A stretch of 48,641 nucleotides of DNA. Origin: Actinomycetota bacterium (GTDB lineage Bacteria > Actinomycetota > UBA4738 > HRBIN12). Made by a program: the position numbers and the translations under genes. The notes below the pieces were generated by a model. It was given only the letters and a program-made list of their open reading frames with translations. It had not been told where the DNA came from and ran no database searches. Of the stretch, positions 11,080 through 22,401 are shown in pieces. Position 1 is the first letter of the stretch; every line of letters begins with the position of its first letter. Where the stretch lies: positions 1 through 48,641 of the forward strand of contig JBBRTK010000002.1 of assembly GCA_038244455.1 (NCBI GenBank), written 5' to 3'.

Positions 11080-12971
11080 CCGCGAACCCCCACCCAGAAC
11101 ATCAGCGCCACCACGCCCAGCCCGATGGCGAGCGCGTAGGTACGCACGTACCCCGTCTGCACGCGCCGGCCCACCGAGGCCAGACGTTTGACTCCCGCGC
11201 CGATCGCGTTCACCAGCCCGTCGATGATCTTCGTGTCCACGACGAACGCGGTGATGTGGGCGAACGCACGCGCGGGTTCGACCAGAACGGTCTGATAAGC
11301 CCTGTCCACGTACCACCCGTTCTGGAGCACGCGCTGCAGGGGCTGGAAGCGTTCGCGGACGGCCAGCCAGTCGACCCTGCCGGAGGCGAAGGTGTACCAG
11401 GCGGCGATGAGCGCGGAAAGCGTGATCGCGATGGCGATGGCGTCCATCACGGGAACCGCGAGTCCGGAGCCGCCCGGAACCGCGCCGGCGACCGGCTCGA
11501 GGAAGCCCGCGAGCCGGCCCTCGGGCGTCAGGTTGAGCCACCCGGCTACCAGGGCACCGGCCGCGAGCACCGCGAGCGGGATCCACATGACCGGCGGCGA
11601 TTCGTGCGCGTGCGCGGCCTCCTGGCTCCGGGGCTCGCCGAAGAACGTGAGGAACACGAGCCTGCCGATGTAGGCGGCCGAGAGCAGCGCGGCGAACGTC
11701 CCGAGGACGTAGACCAGCTCGCGCCCCGTGTGGTTCGCGATCTCCAGGATCGCGTCCTTCGCGAAGAAGCCGGCCAGGGGCGGTACGCCCGCCTGCGCCG
11801 CGGCCCCGATCAGGAAGGTGACGCCGGTGATCGGCATAGGTTTCAGCAGCCCGCCGAACGTCCTCATGTCGGTGGCGTCGTGGGTCCCGTGCATCACGGA
11901 TCCCGCGCCCAGGAACATCAGTGCTTTGTAGAACGCGTGAGCCACCAGCATGAACATCGCCGCGGCGTAGGCGCGCATCCCGACCGCCATGAACATGAAC
12001 CCCAGCTGGCTGATAGTGGAATACGCAAGCACACGTTTGATGTCGTCCTGCCCGAACGCGCACGTCCCTGCGAAGATCGCCGTGACGAGCCCCACGACCA
12101 GCACGACCGTCAACGCAACACCGGACAGTTCGAAGATCGGGTGCATGCGGACCACCAAGTAGACGCCGGCGGTGACCATGGTGGCGGCATGGATGAGCGC
12201 GGAGACCGGCGTCGGTCCGGCCATGGCGTCGGGGAGCCAGACGTGCAGCGGCACCTGGGCGGACTTCCCGATCGCCCCCGCGAAGAGCAGCAGCGCGATC
12301 GCCGTCGCCGTTCCCTTCGCGATCCCGCCCGCCGCCGTGGCATGGAAGATCGCCGTGAAGTCAAGCGTGCCGAACTTCGCAACGATCAGCGCCAGCCCGA
12401 CCAACATGAACGTGTCACCGATCCGCGTCGTGATGAACGCTTTCTTCGCGGCCACGGAGGCCTCGGGCCGGTCGAACCAGAACCCGATGAGCAGGTAGGA
12501 GCAGAGCCCCACGCCCTCCCACCCCAGATAGAGGAGCAGGAGGTTCTCGCCCAGGACCAACATCAGCATGAAGAAGACGAAGAGGTTGAGGTAGGCGAAG
12601 AACCGTCCGGTTCGCGGATCTCCGTGCATGTAGCCGATCGCGTACACGTGGATCAGCGCGCCCACGCCGGTCACGACCAGGATCATGATGGCCGACACCT
12701 GGTCCAGGCGAAGATCGGCCGCAACCGTGAGGTTCCCCACGCTGATCCAGTCGAACAGGTGGCGGACCACCAGGCGCCCATCGCCCGGCAGTGCCATGAG
12801 ATCCTTGACCAGCAGCGCGCTGAGCAGGAACGCGGCGCCCAGGGTCGCGGACGCCAGGACCCCGGACAGCTTCCCCAGCCGCTTGCCGAAGAACAGGTTC
12901 ACCGCAGCGCCGGCGAGCGGGAGGGCCGGGATGAGCCAGAGGTAATGGAACGCCGAAGCCGCCGGTGTCAT
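11076..12971 (-). CDS. nuoL: NADH-quinone oxidoreductase subunit L
   Basis: 631-aa polytopic ORF containing [28 protein letters not shown]. Confidence 0.95.
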   Translation of the reverse strand: MTPAASAFHYLWLIPALPLAGAAVNLFFGKRLGKLSGVLASATLGAAFLLSALLVKDLMALPGDGRLVVRHLFDWISVGNLTVAADLRLDQVSAIMILVVTGVGALIHVYAIGYMHGDPRTGRFFAYLNLFVFFMLMLVLGENLLLLYLGWEGVGLCSYLLIGFWFDRPEASVAAKKAFITTRIGDTFMLVGLALIVAKFGTLDFTAIFHATAAGGIAKGTATAIALLLFAGAIGKSAQVPLHVWLPDAMAGPTPVSALIHAATMVTAGVYLVVRMHPIFELSGVALTVVLVVGLVTAIFAGTCAFGQDDIKRVLAYSTISQLGFMFMAVGMRAYAAAMFMLVAHAFYKALMFLGAGSVMHGTHDATDMRTFGGLLKPMPITGVTFLIGAAAQAGVPPLAGFFAKDAILEIANHTGRELVYVLGTFAALLSAAYIGRLVFLTFFGEPRSQEAAHAHESPPVMWIPLAVLAAGALVAGWLNLTPEGRLAGFLEPVAGAVPGGSGLAVPVMDAIAIAITLSALIAAWYTFASGRVDWLAVRERFQPLQRVLQNGWYVDRAYQTVLVEPARAFAHITAFVVDTKIIDGLVNAIGAGVKRLASVGRRVQTGYVRTYALAIGLGVVALMFWVGVRG

Positions 12972-13273
12972 CCGCGCAACTCCCGGGAATCATCGACGTT
13001 CACGGACAGGCGTCGTCGGTACACCGCGACGATGATGGCGAGCCCGACCACGACCTCGGCGGCCGCCACGATCATCGAGAAGAAGGCCAATACCTGCCCA
13101 CGCAGGTCGCCGTGCATCCTCGCGAACGCCACCAACGCCAGGTTCACAGCGTTCAGCTGAAGTTCGACCGACATGAAGATGACGAGGGCGTTCTTGCGAA
13201 GGAGCACGCCGGCGGTCCCGACACCGAAGAGGATCCCCGAGAGCACGAGGAAGAACGCGATGGGGGTCCTCAT
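12968..13273 (-). CDS. nuoK: NADH-quinone oxidoreductase subunit K
   Basis: The last 101 aa of the 252-aa track ORF ([13 protein letters not shown]...[13 protein letters not shown]...). ATG 13273 overlaps the nuoJ stop. Confidence 0.92.
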   Translation of the reverse strand: MRTPIAFFLVLSGILFGVGTAGVLLRKNALVIFMSVELQLNAVNLALVAFARMHGDLRGQVLAFFSMIVAAAEVVVGLAIIVAVYRRRLSVNVDDSRELRG

Positions 13274-13845
13274 GGAGCCGACTCCTCCGGGCCGGCCGCT
13301 CGCTCCCCGATCGGCGCGGTCGATTCGGCCAGCGTGACGGCCTTGGTCTTGCGCTGCGCCAGGACCATCGCGGCTATCGCGGCCACGATGAGGAGGATCG
13401 AGGTGACCTCGAACGGGAAGAAGTACGTGGTGAACAGCGGCTTGGCCAAGGCTTCCGCGGTGCCGCTCAACGTGGAGGGCGCCGCGTGGCGACCGAAGCC
13501 GATCCCGGCCCGCACCGCCAGCCCGATCTCCAGCGCGACCCCGACGGCGATGGCGACCCCCGCGATCCGTTGGCCTCGGAGCCCTTCCCGAAGGTTCTCG
13601 TGCCGGTCCACCCCGAGCAACATGATCACGAACAGGAACAGGACCATGATCGCACCCGCGTACACGATGATCTGCACGGCGAACAGGAACGGCGCGTCCA
13701 GGAGCAGGAACATCACGGCGATGCACATGAAGTCGACGATCAGGAACAGCGCGGCGTGGACGGCGTTCCGCATGAACAGCATGCCTATGGCGGATGCGAC
13801 AGCGATCGGCGCGAACACCCAGAAGACGACGTTATCGAGCGGCAC
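13270..13845 (-). CDS. nuoJ: NADH-quinone oxidoreductase subunit J
   Basis: The hydrophobic C-terminal 191 aa of the 244-aa track ORF ([24 protein letters not shown]...). GTG 13845 shares one nucleotide with the nuoI stop. Confidence 0.85.
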   Translation of the reverse strand: MPLDNVVFWVFAPIAVASAIGMLFMRNAVHAALFLIVDFMCIAVMFLLLDAPFLFAVQIIVYAGAIMVLFLFVIMLLGVDRHENLREGLRGQRIAGVAIAVGVALEIGLAVRAGIGFGRHAAPSTLSGTAEALAKPLFTTYFFPFEVTSILLIVAAIAAMVLAQRKTKAVTLAESTAPIGERAAGPEESAP

Positions 13846-14342
13846 TAGCCCTCCCTGTCCACGGGATCGGTGCCAAGCGCCGGCGGCGGCTCCAGGAGCC
13901 GCTCCTTCGTCCAGATGGCTTCCTCTCGGCTGGTGAACGCCATCTCGTAGTAGCTGGTGAGCGTGAGCGCGCGCGTGGGGCAGGCCTCCACGCAGAGGCC
14001 GCACATGATGCAGCGCAGGTAGTTCACCTGGTAGTCCTTCGCGTAGCGCTCCCCCGGGCTCACGGGGTTCTCCGGATCGTTGTCGGCGCCCTCGACCCAG
14101 ATCGCATCAGCGGGACAGGCGAACGCACAGAGTTCGCAGCCGATGCACTTCTCCAGGCCGTTCTCGTGACGGTTCAGCAGGTGGCGCCCGATGTGCGAAC
14201 GCTCAGGCACCGGCACGATGACGTCGGGATAGCGCTCGGTGTTGTCCTTGCGGAACGTCTGCTTGAACACGGTGGCCATGCCCTTCGCGATCGCCCACGC
14301 CCCGGCGCCCATGCCCTGAGGTTCGGCTGCGGGCTCGCTCAC
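13845..14342 (-). CDS. nuoI: NADH-quinone oxidoreductase subunit I, 2x[4Fe-4S]
   Basis: Contains [12 protein letters not shown] and [12 protein letters not shown]. Length is 165 aa. Confidence 0.95.
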   Translation of the reverse strand: MSEPAAEPQGMGAGAWAIAKGMATVFKQTFRKDNTERYPDVIVPVPERSHIGRHLLNRHENGLEKCIGCELCAFACPADAIWVEGADNDPENPVSPGERYAKDYQVNYLRCIMCGLCVEACPTRALTLTSYYEMAFTSREEAIWTKERLLEPPPALGTDPVDREG

Positions 14343-15460
14343 GACGACACCTCGCTCCGTGGTCCCTGCATGACCGGGATGATGAGGGATGCGATCAGCC
14401 CCACCCCGAGGATCACCGAGGCTGCGATCAGGGTGCCGCGGACGCGGCCGTATCGGTCGGGGAACACGATGATTGCCCCGGTGGCGAGCACCCAGAACAA
14501 GCCGAAGGGGATCAGGACCTTCCAGCCGAAGTTCATCAATCGGTCATACCGCATGCGGGGCAGGGTGCCGCGGACCAGGATGAGCACGTAGATGACCGCC
14601 GTGAGCTTGAACAGGAACCACAGGAGCGGCCAGAGCCAGAGCGCCCACCCCGGGTGCGGACCCCGCCAGCCGCCGAGGAACAGCGTGACCGCGATCGAGG
14701 AGACGGTCACCGTGTTCACGTACTCGCCCAGGTAGAACATCGCGAACTTGATCCCCGAATACTCGGTGTGGAACCCGGCGACCAGTTCGGTTTCGGCCTC
14801 GGCCAGGTCGAACGGCGGACGATTGACCTCGGCCAGCGCGCAGATCATGAACACGACGAACGCGGGGAACTGCGGGACGATGTTCCACACGTGGGTGGCC
14901 TGGTAGGCGACGATCCCCGACATGCGCAGCGTTCCCGTGTACATGAGCACGGCAACCAGCGACAAACCCATCCCCACCTCGTAGCTGATCATCTGCGCGG
15001 TCGAACGGATGGAGCCGAGCAGCGGGTAGTTCGAACCGCTGGACCAGCCGGCGAGCACCACGCCGTACACCCCGACCGAGGTCATCGCCAGGATCCAGAG
15101 CAGCCCGATGTTCAGATCGGCCAGCTGGAACTGGATGACGCGGCCGAACAGCGTCACGTGCGTGCCGAATGGGATCACCGCGAACGCCAGGAACGCCGGG
15201 AACATCGCGAGGATGGGCGCGATCTCGAACACGATGCGGTCGGCGTTGGTCGGGGTGATGCCTTCCTTGAAGAAGAGCTTGATGCCATCGGCCAGCGTGA
15301 TGAGGATCCCGCGCGGTCCGGCGCGGAGCGGGCCGACCCGCGTCTGCATATCCGCGATGACCTTGCGCTCCATCCAGATGTAGAGCATCACCGCGATGAG
15401 CAGCCCGAAGAACACCACGACCACTCGAACTGCCAGGATCACCCAGTCCACCCAGTTCAC
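14339..15460 (-). CDS. nuoH: NADH-quinone oxidoreductase subunit H
   Basis: 373-aa polytopic ORF with [33 protein letters not shown] and MFYLGEY. Confidence 0.95.
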   Translation of the reverse strand: MNWVDWVILAVRVVVVFFGLLIAVMLYIWMERKVIADMQTRVGPLRAGPRGILITLADGIKLFFKEGITPTNADRIVFEIAPILAMFPAFLAFAVIPFGTHVTLFGRVIQFQLADLNIGLLWILAMTSVGVYGVVLAGWSSGSNYPLLGSIRSTAQMISYEVGMGLSLVAVLMYTGTLRMSGIVAYQATHVWNIVPQFPAFVVFMICALAEVNRPPFDLAEAETELVAGFHTEYSGIKFAMFYLGEYVNTVTVSSIAVTLFLGGWRGPHPGWALWLWPLLWFLFKLTAVIYVLILVRGTLPRMRYDRLMNFGWKVLIPFGLFWVLATGAIIVFPDRYGRVRGTLIAASVILGVGLIASLIIPVMQGPRSEVSS

Positions 15461-17805
15461 GCCGCCTCACCTCCGGCGGGAGCAAGCGCGGCGGTGGTGG
15501 CGAACCTGCCCGAAAGCAGCGTGTTCGCCGCCAAGCCGGGCTGGTTGAATGGCACGAAGACGCCGCCGTGCGCGATGTGTTCCGTCACGCGCACGGGCAA
15601 TTGCGCCGACCCGGCGGGCGTGGTCACGACCGCGACGGCGCCGTCGGTCAGACCGGCCGAGAGCGCGTCGTCGGGGTGCACCTCGACGAACGCGACCTCA
15701 CCCAGGGCGCGCTTGAGTTCGTCGGCTCCTTCGCTGAGGCGGCCTTCATCGACCAGCAACGGATAGGTGAAGAGGCGCAGGCCTTCTGTGGGTGCGATGG
15801 GTGTGGGGACCGCAGACGCCGCCCCCGCGCCGGCTTCGCGGGGGGCCAGGAGCGCGCCCATCTCTTCGCGAAGTTCGTCCAAGGTGGCGAAGCCGAGGTC
15901 GGCTCCCATGGCCCGGGCGATGATCGTGAAGATCTCCCAGTCGGGGCGGGATAGGCCTTGCGTAGCTCGGACCGGGCGGATCCGTTGTCCTCGGCCCTCC
16001 CAGTTCGTCATGTGGCCGTCCTTCTCGACGAACGCGGCGGCCGGAAGGAACGCGTCGGCGTACTCGGCCAGGGACCCGAGTTCCAGCGACTGCACGATGC
16101 GGATCGGCACGTTCGCGAGCGCCCGGCGGGCCAGGCCCGCGTCCGGCGCGTCGCGGAGCGGATCAGTACCGATCAGGAACAACACGTCGACCTGGCGGTC
16201 GGCGCACGCCTGGAGGATGGCCATGGTGTCACGGCCGGGCTCGCGGTTCGTCAGTGGTCCCCAGAAGGGTTCGACCTGGCCGGGATCGGAGAGCGGCCTG
16301 CCACCCGGCAGCATCGCGGGGTGCACGCCGGCGACGAGCGCCCCTCGATCGTTGGCGCGGCGGGTGACCATCGTGAAAGCCGCGCCGGCGGCATCGGCGG
16401 CGGCGAGCGCGGCGTCCACGCCGGCCCCGTCCAGCCGTTCTCCGGTGATGACCACGCCGGTGCCCTCCACCGAAGCGGAGCGGAGCGCCTCCAGCGCCGC
16501 CGCCAACCCGGCGTCGGAGGAGAGCGCTTCCGCCTCACCGCCGGGGGCGACCAGGACGTGCGTGGCCACATCGTGCAGCCGGGTGCGGCGCGGGTGGACC
16601 ACCCAGATCTTCGCCCCGCGCTTCGCGGCCTTGCGAAGACGAAGGTGAAGGATCGGGATCTCCTGTTCCGCATCCAGGCCCACCACGAGGATCGCCGTGG
16701 CCCGTTCCAGGGCTGCGTTGGTGACGCTCATCGGCGCGGAGGCAGCGCGGCGTTCGGCCTCGGGGCTGCCGGGCGTGCGCCGATGATCCAGGTCGTTCGT
16801 GTGCATGACCGTGCGGGCCAGTTTGGAGAGCGCGTAGTAATCCTCATCCATGAGGCGGCCGCCGGTGAGGAAGGCGACCCGCTTGTCGCGGCACCACCCT
16901 GCGATCTTGTCGGTCACCTCGCCGAACGACGCGGGTTCGAGCCCGTGGTCACGGATCAGCGGCGTGGTGAGGCGCTCGGGCGAATCCGGGAAGCGGAACG
17001 CGAACCGACCCTTGTCGCAGGACCACGTGTCGTTGACCGCCAGGTTGTCGCGCGCCAGCTGGCGGACCACCTGGCCCCGCCGCAGGTCGACCTTCAGGTT
17101 GCACCCCGCGCTGCAATGCGGGCACACGCTGTCGGCGCTGGACAGGTCGAACGGCCTCGCGACGAATCGATAAGGGGTCGCGGTGAGCGCTCCCACCGGA
17201 CAGATCTGCACGGTGTTCCCGCTGAACGGAGATCGGAAGTCCTCGCCTGCCGCGACCGCCACACGCTCCCCCGCTCCGCGCGCGTACAGCTCCAGGAACC
17301 GGTCCCCGCTGATCTCGTCGCAGAAGCGGGTGCACCGGGCGCAGAGCACGCATCGCTCGCGGTCCAGGTTCACCAGCGGCGAGAGCGCCAAGGGCTTGGG
17401 CCACACGCGCTTGGCCTCGGTGTAGCGGCTCTCCCCCGGCCCGAACGCGAGCGCCTGGTCCTGCAGGGGGCACTCTCCGCCCCGGTCGCAGATCGGGCAG
17501 TCGAGCGGATGGTTGAGCAGGAGGAACTCCAGGTTCGCAACCTGCGCGGCGTGGACGGTGTCGTCGGTGTTCTGGGTCCTCACCACCATCCCGGGGGTCA
17601 CTGTCGAGGTGCACGAGGTGGCGAGCTTCGGCTGGCCTTCGATCTGGACGTAGCATTGCCGGCACGCACCCGCCGGTTCGAGCATCGGGTGATCGCAGAA
17701 CCGCGGGATCTCGATACCGAGCTGCTCGGCCGCCCGGATGATGAGCGTTCCCTTGGGGACGGTCACCTCTTTCCCGTCGATGGTGAGCGTCACCTGGCCG
17801 TTCAC
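15457..17805 (-). CDS. nuoG: NADH-quinone oxidoreductase subunit G (75-kDa, FeS / molybdopterin-like fold)
   Basis: 782 aa. N-terminal cluster motifs are present (RFCDHPMLEPAGACRQCYVQIEG, HPLDCPICDRGGECPLQD, CVLCARCTRFC). Confidence 0.95.
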   Translation of the reverse strand: MNGQVTLTIDGKEVTVPKGTLIIRAAEQLGIEIPRFCDHPMLEPAGACRQCYVQIEGQPKLATSCTSTVTPGMVVRTQNTDDTVHAAQVANLEFLLLNHPLDCPICDRGGECPLQDQALAFGPGESRYTEAKRVWPKPLALSPLVNLDRERCVLCARCTRFCDEISGDRFLELYARGAGERVAVAAGEDFRSPFSGNTVQICPVGALTATPYRFVARPFDLSSADSVCPHCSAGCNLKVDLRRGQVVRQLARDNLAVNDTWSCDKGRFAFRFPDSPERLTTPLIRDHGLEPASFGEVTDKIAGWCRDKRVAFLTGGRLMDEDYYALSKLARTVMHTNDLDHRRTPGSPEAERRAASAPMSVTNAALERATAILVVGLDAEQEIPILHLRLRKAAKRGAKIWVVHPRRTRLHDVATHVLVAPGGEAEALSSDAGLAAALEALRSASVEGTGVVITGERLDGAGVDAALAAADAAGAAFTMVTRRANDRGALVAGVHPAMLPGGRPLSDPGQVEPFWGPLTNREPGRDTMAILQACADRQVDVLFLIGTDPLRDAPDAGLARRALANVPIRIVQSLELGSLAEYADAFLPAAAFVEKDGHMTNWEGRGQRIRPVRATQGLSRPDWEIFTIIARAMGADLGFATLDELREEMGALLAPREAGAGAASAVPTPIAPTEGLRLFTYPLLVDEGRLSEGADELKRALGEVAFVEVHPDDALSAGLTDGAVAVVTTPAGSAQLPVRVTEHIAHGGVFVPFNQPGLAANTLLSGRFATTAALAPAGGEAA

Positions 17806-19118
17806 GAGGCCACCCCTTCAGTAGCGGTTGCCTGTGCATGATCGGCCGGCGCCCCCGTGAGCGGGCAGTACCCCAAACGAACGTGCTCCTCGTACTCGGC
17901 CGCGAAGTGCTTGAGACTGGAGTTGATGACCGAAGCCATGCCGTCGGCGAGCGCGCAGAAGGCCCGGAACAGGATGTTCTTGCCCATGTCCTGCATGAGC
18001 CCCATGTCCTCGGGAACCCCGTAGCCGTCCTCCATGCGCGTGAGGACGCGGGTTGCCCACCAACTGCCCTCGCGGCACGGGGTGCACTTGCCGCACGACT
18101 CGTGCGCGTAGAACAGGACCATCCGGCGCGCCGCCTCGACCACGCAATCCGTCTGATCCAGCACCATGATCGCGCCGGTCCCAAGCAGCGACCCGGCGGC
18201 CGCAACCGACTCGTAGTCCAGCGCGACGTCAAGGTCGGCCGTGGTTAGGAGCGGCGTGGACGAACCGCCGGGCGTGAACGCCTTGAGCGTTTCCCCGCCC
18301 AGCATGCCGCCCGCGTAGTCTTCGAGCAGCATCCGGAAGGGCGTGCCCATCGGAACCTCGTAGTTCCCGGGCCGCTCGACCTTGCCGCTGACGGTGAACA
18401 TCTTCGTGCCGGGCGACTTCTCCGTGCCCATCTCGCGGAACCACTCGGCGCCCTTGACGACGATGTCGGGGACATTCATCAGGGTCTCGACGTTGTTGAT
18501 GACGGTGGGGCTCGCGTAGAGGCCCTCCACGGCCGGGAACGGCGGACGCAACCGCGGCTGCCCGCGCAGTCCTTCCAGGGAGTTCAGCAGGGCGGTTTCC
18601 TCGCCGCAGATGTAGGCGCCGGCGCCGCGATGGACCACGATATCCAGGTCGTAGGAGGTGCCCGCGATCCCCGTGCCCAGGTACCCGGCCGCGTACGCCT
18701 CACGGAGGGCGCGCTCGATCACCGTGGCTTGCCACAGGTACTCCCCGCGGACGTAGATGAACGCGATGTGGCAGTTGATCGCGCGGGCGGCGATCGCGGT
18801 TCCCTCGATGAGCCTATGCGGGTCGCGTTCACCCAGCTCACGGTTGTTGCAGGTACCCGGTTCCGATTCGTCGAAGTTCACGGTGACGTAGGTGGGCTTG
18901 CCGGTGTCCTGCGGCACGAAGGACCACTTCATCCCCGTAGGGAACCCGGCGCCGCCCCGCCCCCGCAAGCCGCTTGCCTTCACGAGATCGATGAGCTCGC
19001 TGGTTTCCATGGCGAGAGCCTTCTTCAACCCCGCGTAGCCGCCCTTGGCGACGTAGCCGTCCAGAGCGATGACGCTGGGATCGCCCCAGTCGCGGGTCAG
19101 CCTCGGCTCGAACGTCAC
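17802..19118 (-). CDS. nuoF: NADH-quinone oxidoreductase subunit F (NADH/FMN site)
   Basis: Contains GLRGRGGAGFPTGMKW and the N3 cluster motif ESCGKCTPCREG. Confidence 0.97.
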   Translation of the reverse strand: MTFEPRLTRDWGDPSVIALDGYVAKGGYAGLKKALAMETSELIDLVKASGLRGRGGAGFPTGMKWSFVPQDTGKPTYVTVNFDESEPGTCNNRELGERDPHRLIEGTAIAARAINCHIAFIYVRGEYLWQATVIERALREAYAAGYLGTGIAGTSYDLDIVVHRGAGAYICGEETALLNSLEGLRGQPRLRPPFPAVEGLYASPTVINNVETLMNVPDIVVKGAEWFREMGTEKSPGTKMFTVSGKVERPGNYEVPMGTPFRMLLEDYAGGMLGGETLKAFTPGGSSTPLLTTADLDVALDYESVAAAGSLLGTGAIMVLDQTDCVVEAARRMVLFYAHESCGKCTPCREGSWWATRVLTRMEDGYGVPEDMGLMQDMGKNILFRAFCALADGMASVINSSLKHFAAEYEEHVRLGYCPLTGAPADHAQATATEGVAS

Positions 19119-19699
19119 GCCGCCCCCCCCGCCGGGTCATCGTCGAAGCCGGCCAGCACGCGCGAGGCGTGACGGAAGCTCTTCATCGCCGGACCGCGCG
19201 ACGGCTCGGGAACCGACCCGTCCCGCAGCGCGCCGATGAGCTCGCGCATCCGCTCGGGAGAGACGTTGTCGTGGTTGACGAAGTTGATCTGCACGGCGGG
19301 TGCGAAGTCGCAGACCCCGAGGCACTCCTCTTCGTGAAGTGTGAGCAGTCCATCGTCGGAGACCTCCTGCCCGCGGGCCATCCCGGCTGCGCGGTACGCC
19401 TCCTCGTACACGGCCTTCGCGCCGCGCAACGCGCACGCGAGGTTCGTACATACGTTGACGACGTGCGTGCCCGTCGGGCGAAGGCGATACATGGAGTAGA
19501 ACGTGGCAACCGACTCCACCTCCGCGGTGGTGATGTTGAGGAGCCCGCTGATCTCGACCAAGGCTTCGGGCGTGATCCGACCGTCGACGGCCTGCGCCAG
19601 ATAGAGGAGCGGCATGAGCGCGGAGCGTTCGCCGCCAGCGGGGTACCGGGAGATAACCGCGCGGGCGTCGTCGAGCACGGTTCCCTCGAAGATGGCCAT
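19115..19699 (-). CDS. nuoE: NADH-quinone oxidoreductase subunit E ([2Fe-2S])
   Basis: 194 aa with CTNLACALRG...EECLGVCDFAPA cysteine spacing, located between nuoD and nuoF. Confidence 0.93.
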   Translation of the reverse strand: MAIFEGTVLDDARAVISRYPAGGERSALMPLLYLAQAVDGRITPEALVEISGLLNITTAEVESVATFYSMYRLRPTGTHVVNVCTNLACALRGAKAVYEEAYRAAGMARGQEVSDDGLLTLHEEECLGVCDFAPAVQINFVNHDNVSPERMRELIGALRDGSVPEPSRGPAMKSFRHASRVLAGFDDDPAGGAA

Positions 19700-20961
19700 C
19701 AGCGATCCACCCCGCCCATAACCGGGTCGATGGAGGCGATCGAGGCGATAGCGTCGGCCAGCAGGAACCCTTGGACCATGATCGGCGTGGCCTGCAGATT
19801 CACGAACGAAGGGTCGCGGATCTTCACCCTGTAGGGCCGGTGTTCGCCGTTCGACACCACGTAGAAACCGAGTTCGCCGCGCGGGGACTCGACCGCCGAA
19901 TACACCTCGCCGGCCGGAACCGCGACCCCCTGCGTGGCCAGTTTGAAGTGATTGATAAGCGCCTCCATGGACTCCTCCATGATGTGGCGCACGTACTCCG
20001 GGTCGTTGCCGATGCCGTCGGGACCGACGGATAGCCGGCCGGGCAGCGCGATCTTCGGGTCATCCACCATGACGGGGCCCGGCTCCCGCAGCCGCTCCAG
20101 GCACTGCGCGACGAGCTTCAACGATTCGCGCATCTCCTCCATACGGATCTCGAACCGCGCCAGGCAGTCGGCCTGCGTCCGCGTGATCACGTCGAAGTCG
20201 TAGGTCTCATACCCGCTGTACGGCGCGTCCTTGCGCAGATCGGCGGTGTTGCCCGTCGCTCGCAGCAGGGGGCCGGTCACGCCCAGGCGAAGGGCCTGCG
20301 CCTCGGTGAGGATGCCGACGCCCTTGTTGCGTTCCAGCCAGATCGGGTTCTTCGACAGGAGCGTGTCGTACTCGTCTATGCGCCCCGGCATGACCCGAAG
20401 GAAGTTGGTGACTTTGGCTTCCCCGCCGTCGGGCAGGTCCATGACGACCCCGCCGATCCGGATGTAGGCGTGGTTCATGCGAAGCCCGGTCACGGCCTCG
20501 AAGATATCCATGATGACCTCGCGTTCGCGCATGCCGTAGAGCATGATGCTGACCGCCCCCAGCTCCAGTCCGCTGGTGGCGAGCCACACCAGGTGAGAAC
20601 TGATCCGGTTGAGCTCACCGAGCATGACGCGCAAGACCTGGGCGCGAACGGGAACCTCGATGCCCAGGAGCCGTTCGACCGCCATGCAGTAGGCGAGTTC
20701 GTTGTGGAACGGGCTCAGGTAGTCGGCTCTGGTCACGAACGTGATGCCCTGCTGCCAGGTCCGGTACTCGGTGTTCTTCTCGATGCCGGTGTGGAGGTAG
20801 CCGATGATCGGCTTGCAATCAACGATGGTCTCCCCGTCCAGCTCCAGCAGGAGCCGGAGGACCCCGTGGGTGGACGGGTGTTGCGGACCCATGTTGATGA
20901 TCATCGTTTCCTGGCGGATCTCGCCGGCGGGATCGCGGAGCATCGGATCGGTCTCCATCAC
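19699..20961 (-). CDS. nuoD: NADH-quinone oxidoreductase subunit D (49-kDa)
   Basis: 420 aa with [22 protein letters not shown] and a C-terminal ...[11 protein letters not shown]. Confidence 0.97.
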   Translation of the reverse strand: MMETDPMLRDPAGEIRQETMIINMGPQHPSTHGVLRLLLELDGETIVDCKPIIGYLHTGIEKNTEYRTWQQGITFVTRADYLSPFHNELAYCMAVERLLGIEVPVRAQVLRVMLGELNRISSHLVWLATSGLELGAVSIMLYGMREREVIMDIFEAVTGLRMNHAYIRIGGVVMDLPDGGEAKVTNFLRVMPGRIDEYDTLLSKNPIWLERNKGVGILTEAQALRLGVTGPLLRATGNTADLRKDAPYSGYETYDFDVITRTQADCLARFEIRMEEMRESLKLVAQCLERLREPGPVMVDDPKIALPGRLSVGPDGIGNDPEYVRHIMEESMEALINHFKLATQGVAVPAGEVYSAVESPRGELGFYVVSNGEHRPYRVKIRDPSFVNLQATPIMVQGFLLADAIASIASIDPVMGGVDR

Positions 20962-21443
20962 ATGGTCCTGGTGTCGACCGGCGGGATGAACGCTCCGTGA
21001 TAGCGCGTGTTGATACCGCCCAGCTCCTCGGTCTTTCGCAAGGGATGGCCTTCCCAGTCATCGGGAAGCAGGATCCGCGTGAGGTTCGGGTGCCCGTCGA
21101 ACACCACGCCGTAGAGATCGAAGGTCTCTCGTTCCAGCCAGTTCGCCGTTGGGAACAACGCGGTCACGCTGGGCACGCGCGGATCGGCGTCGGGGAGCCC
21201 GACCTTCACCCGGATGCGGCGGACCGGACCCCCCATGGTTCGCAGTTCGTACGCGATCCAGAAGCGTGGGTCGCTGCCCGGCCAGTCCGTAGCGGTGACG
21301 CACGAGAGGAACGAGAACCCCTGGTGCTCGCGCAGCCACTCCAGCGAAGCCAGGAGGTCCTCGGGTCCCACCGTCACGGTGATCTCGCCCCTGGCCTCGA
21401 CCACATCCGCGAAGCGGGCGGCCACGGTCTGCGGAACGCTCAC
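20958..21443 (-). CDS. nuoC: NADH-quinone oxidoreductase subunit C
   Basis: The C-terminal 161 aa of the 223-aa track ORF ([11 protein letters not shown]...[26 protein letters not shown]...GHPLRK). GTG 21443 overlaps the nuoB stop. Confidence 0.9.
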   Translation of the reverse strand: MSVPQTVAARFADVVEARGEITVTVGPEDLLASLEWLREHQGFSFLSCVTATDWPGSDPRFWIAYELRTMGGPVRRIRVKVGLPDADPRVPSVTALFPTANWLERETFDLYGVVFDGHPNLTRILLPDDWEGHPLRKTEELGGINTRYHGAFIPPVDTRTM

Positions 21444-21958
21444 TTGAAGGGCTCCCGCGTCCTGACCTTCTCCTGCAACTTCAATATGCCGTGCATGAGC
21501 ATCTCGGGCTTGGGCGGACAGCCGGGCACGTAGACGTCGACCGGCACGATGCTGTCCACACCCTGCACGATGGCGTAGTTCGTGAACATCCCGCCCGCGC
21601 TCGCGCACACACCCATGGAGATGACCCACCGAGGTTCGGGCATCTGGTCGTAGATCCGGCGCAGGACCGGCGCCATCTTCTGGGATACGCGACCGGCCAC
21701 GATCATGAGGTCAGCCTGGCGGGGGGAACCGCGGAACAGTTCCATCCCCCACCGGCTGATGTCGTACTGGCCGGCGCCGGTCGCCATCATCTCGATGGCG
21801 CAGCACGCCAACCCGAACGTCGCGGGCCACATCGACTGCTTGCGGGCCCACCCAACCGCGCGGTCCAAGCTGGTCAGGAGAACCCCGCGCCTGACCTCTT
21901 CCTCGATCTCCTCTTCCGTCTGGCCGAGCTTGTGGCCTTCGAACCGCTCAACCGGCAT
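21440..21958 (-). CDS. nuoB: NADH-quinone oxidoreductase subunit B
   Basis: Contains [19 protein letters not shown] and PGCPP. Confidence 0.95.
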   Translation of the reverse strand: MPVERFEGHKLGQTEEEIEEEVRRGVLLTSLDRAVGWARKQSMWPATFGLACCAIEMMATGAGQYDISRWGMELFRGSPRQADLMIVAGRVSQKMAPVLRRIYDQMPEPRWVISMGVCASAGGMFTNYAIVQGVDSIVPVDVYVPGCPPKPEMLMHGILKLQEKVRTREPFK

Positions 21959-22400
21959 CGGCCACCTCCAGCGCTTGAGGTTCGGAAGCGGGCGCCGTCT
22001 GGATCTGGTGCTCCGCCGGCGTGGCGGCGCTCTGCGCCCAGTCGAAGCCGCCCTTGCGCCAGATGTAGGCGTACGCGACGAAGACCAACCCGATGAACAC
22101 GGTCATCTCCACCAATCCGAACAGACCGAGTTTGCGGAAGGTCACCGCCCACGGGAAGAGGAAGATCGTTTCGATGTCGAAGATGATGAACAGCATCGCG
22201 ACCACGTAGAACTTGACGCTGAAGCGTTCGCCGCGAGGGAGCCGGACGGGATCGTTGCCGCATTCGTAGGCGGAGAGCTTCACGGGGTTGGGGTGGTTGG
22301 GCCGAAGGACCGAGGACATGGCCAGCGAGGCCACGCCGAAGACCAGCGCCAGCCCGCCCAGGATGACGATCGGCAGGTAGTCGCTCAGCACGTTCCGCAC
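21948..22400 (-). CDS. nuoA: NADH-quinone oxidoreductase subunit A
   Basis: 150 aa with YECGNDP...[15 protein letters not shown], plus a hydrophilic C-terminal tail. Confidence 0.9.
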   Translation of the reverse strand: MRNVLSDYLPIVILGGLALVFGVASLAMSSVLRPNHPNPVKLSAYECGNDPVRLPRGERFSVKFYVVAMLFIIFDIETIFLFPWAVTFRKLGLFGLVEMTVFIGLVFVAYAYIWRKGGFDWAQSAATPAEHQIQTAPASEPQALEVADAG

Positions 22401-22401
22401 C

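Noticed and set aside
8084-12063. Very long minus-strand ORFs (912 aa at 8084-10822 and 843 aa at 9532-12063) taken at face value, which could suggest giant fused Nuo proteins.
   Set aside because: Only the C-terminal parts show Nuo-like hydrophobic sequence. The N-terminal parts are Arg/Pro/Gly-rich read-through in the wrong frame of the upstream gene. Internal GTG/ATG starts overlap the upstream stop codons and give normal-sized NuoN and NuoM. I applied the same trimming to the ORFs at 3351-3989, 3650-4468, 6176-6901, 12968-13726, 13270-14004, 20958-21629, 29737-31350, 33471-35075 and 41955-42848.
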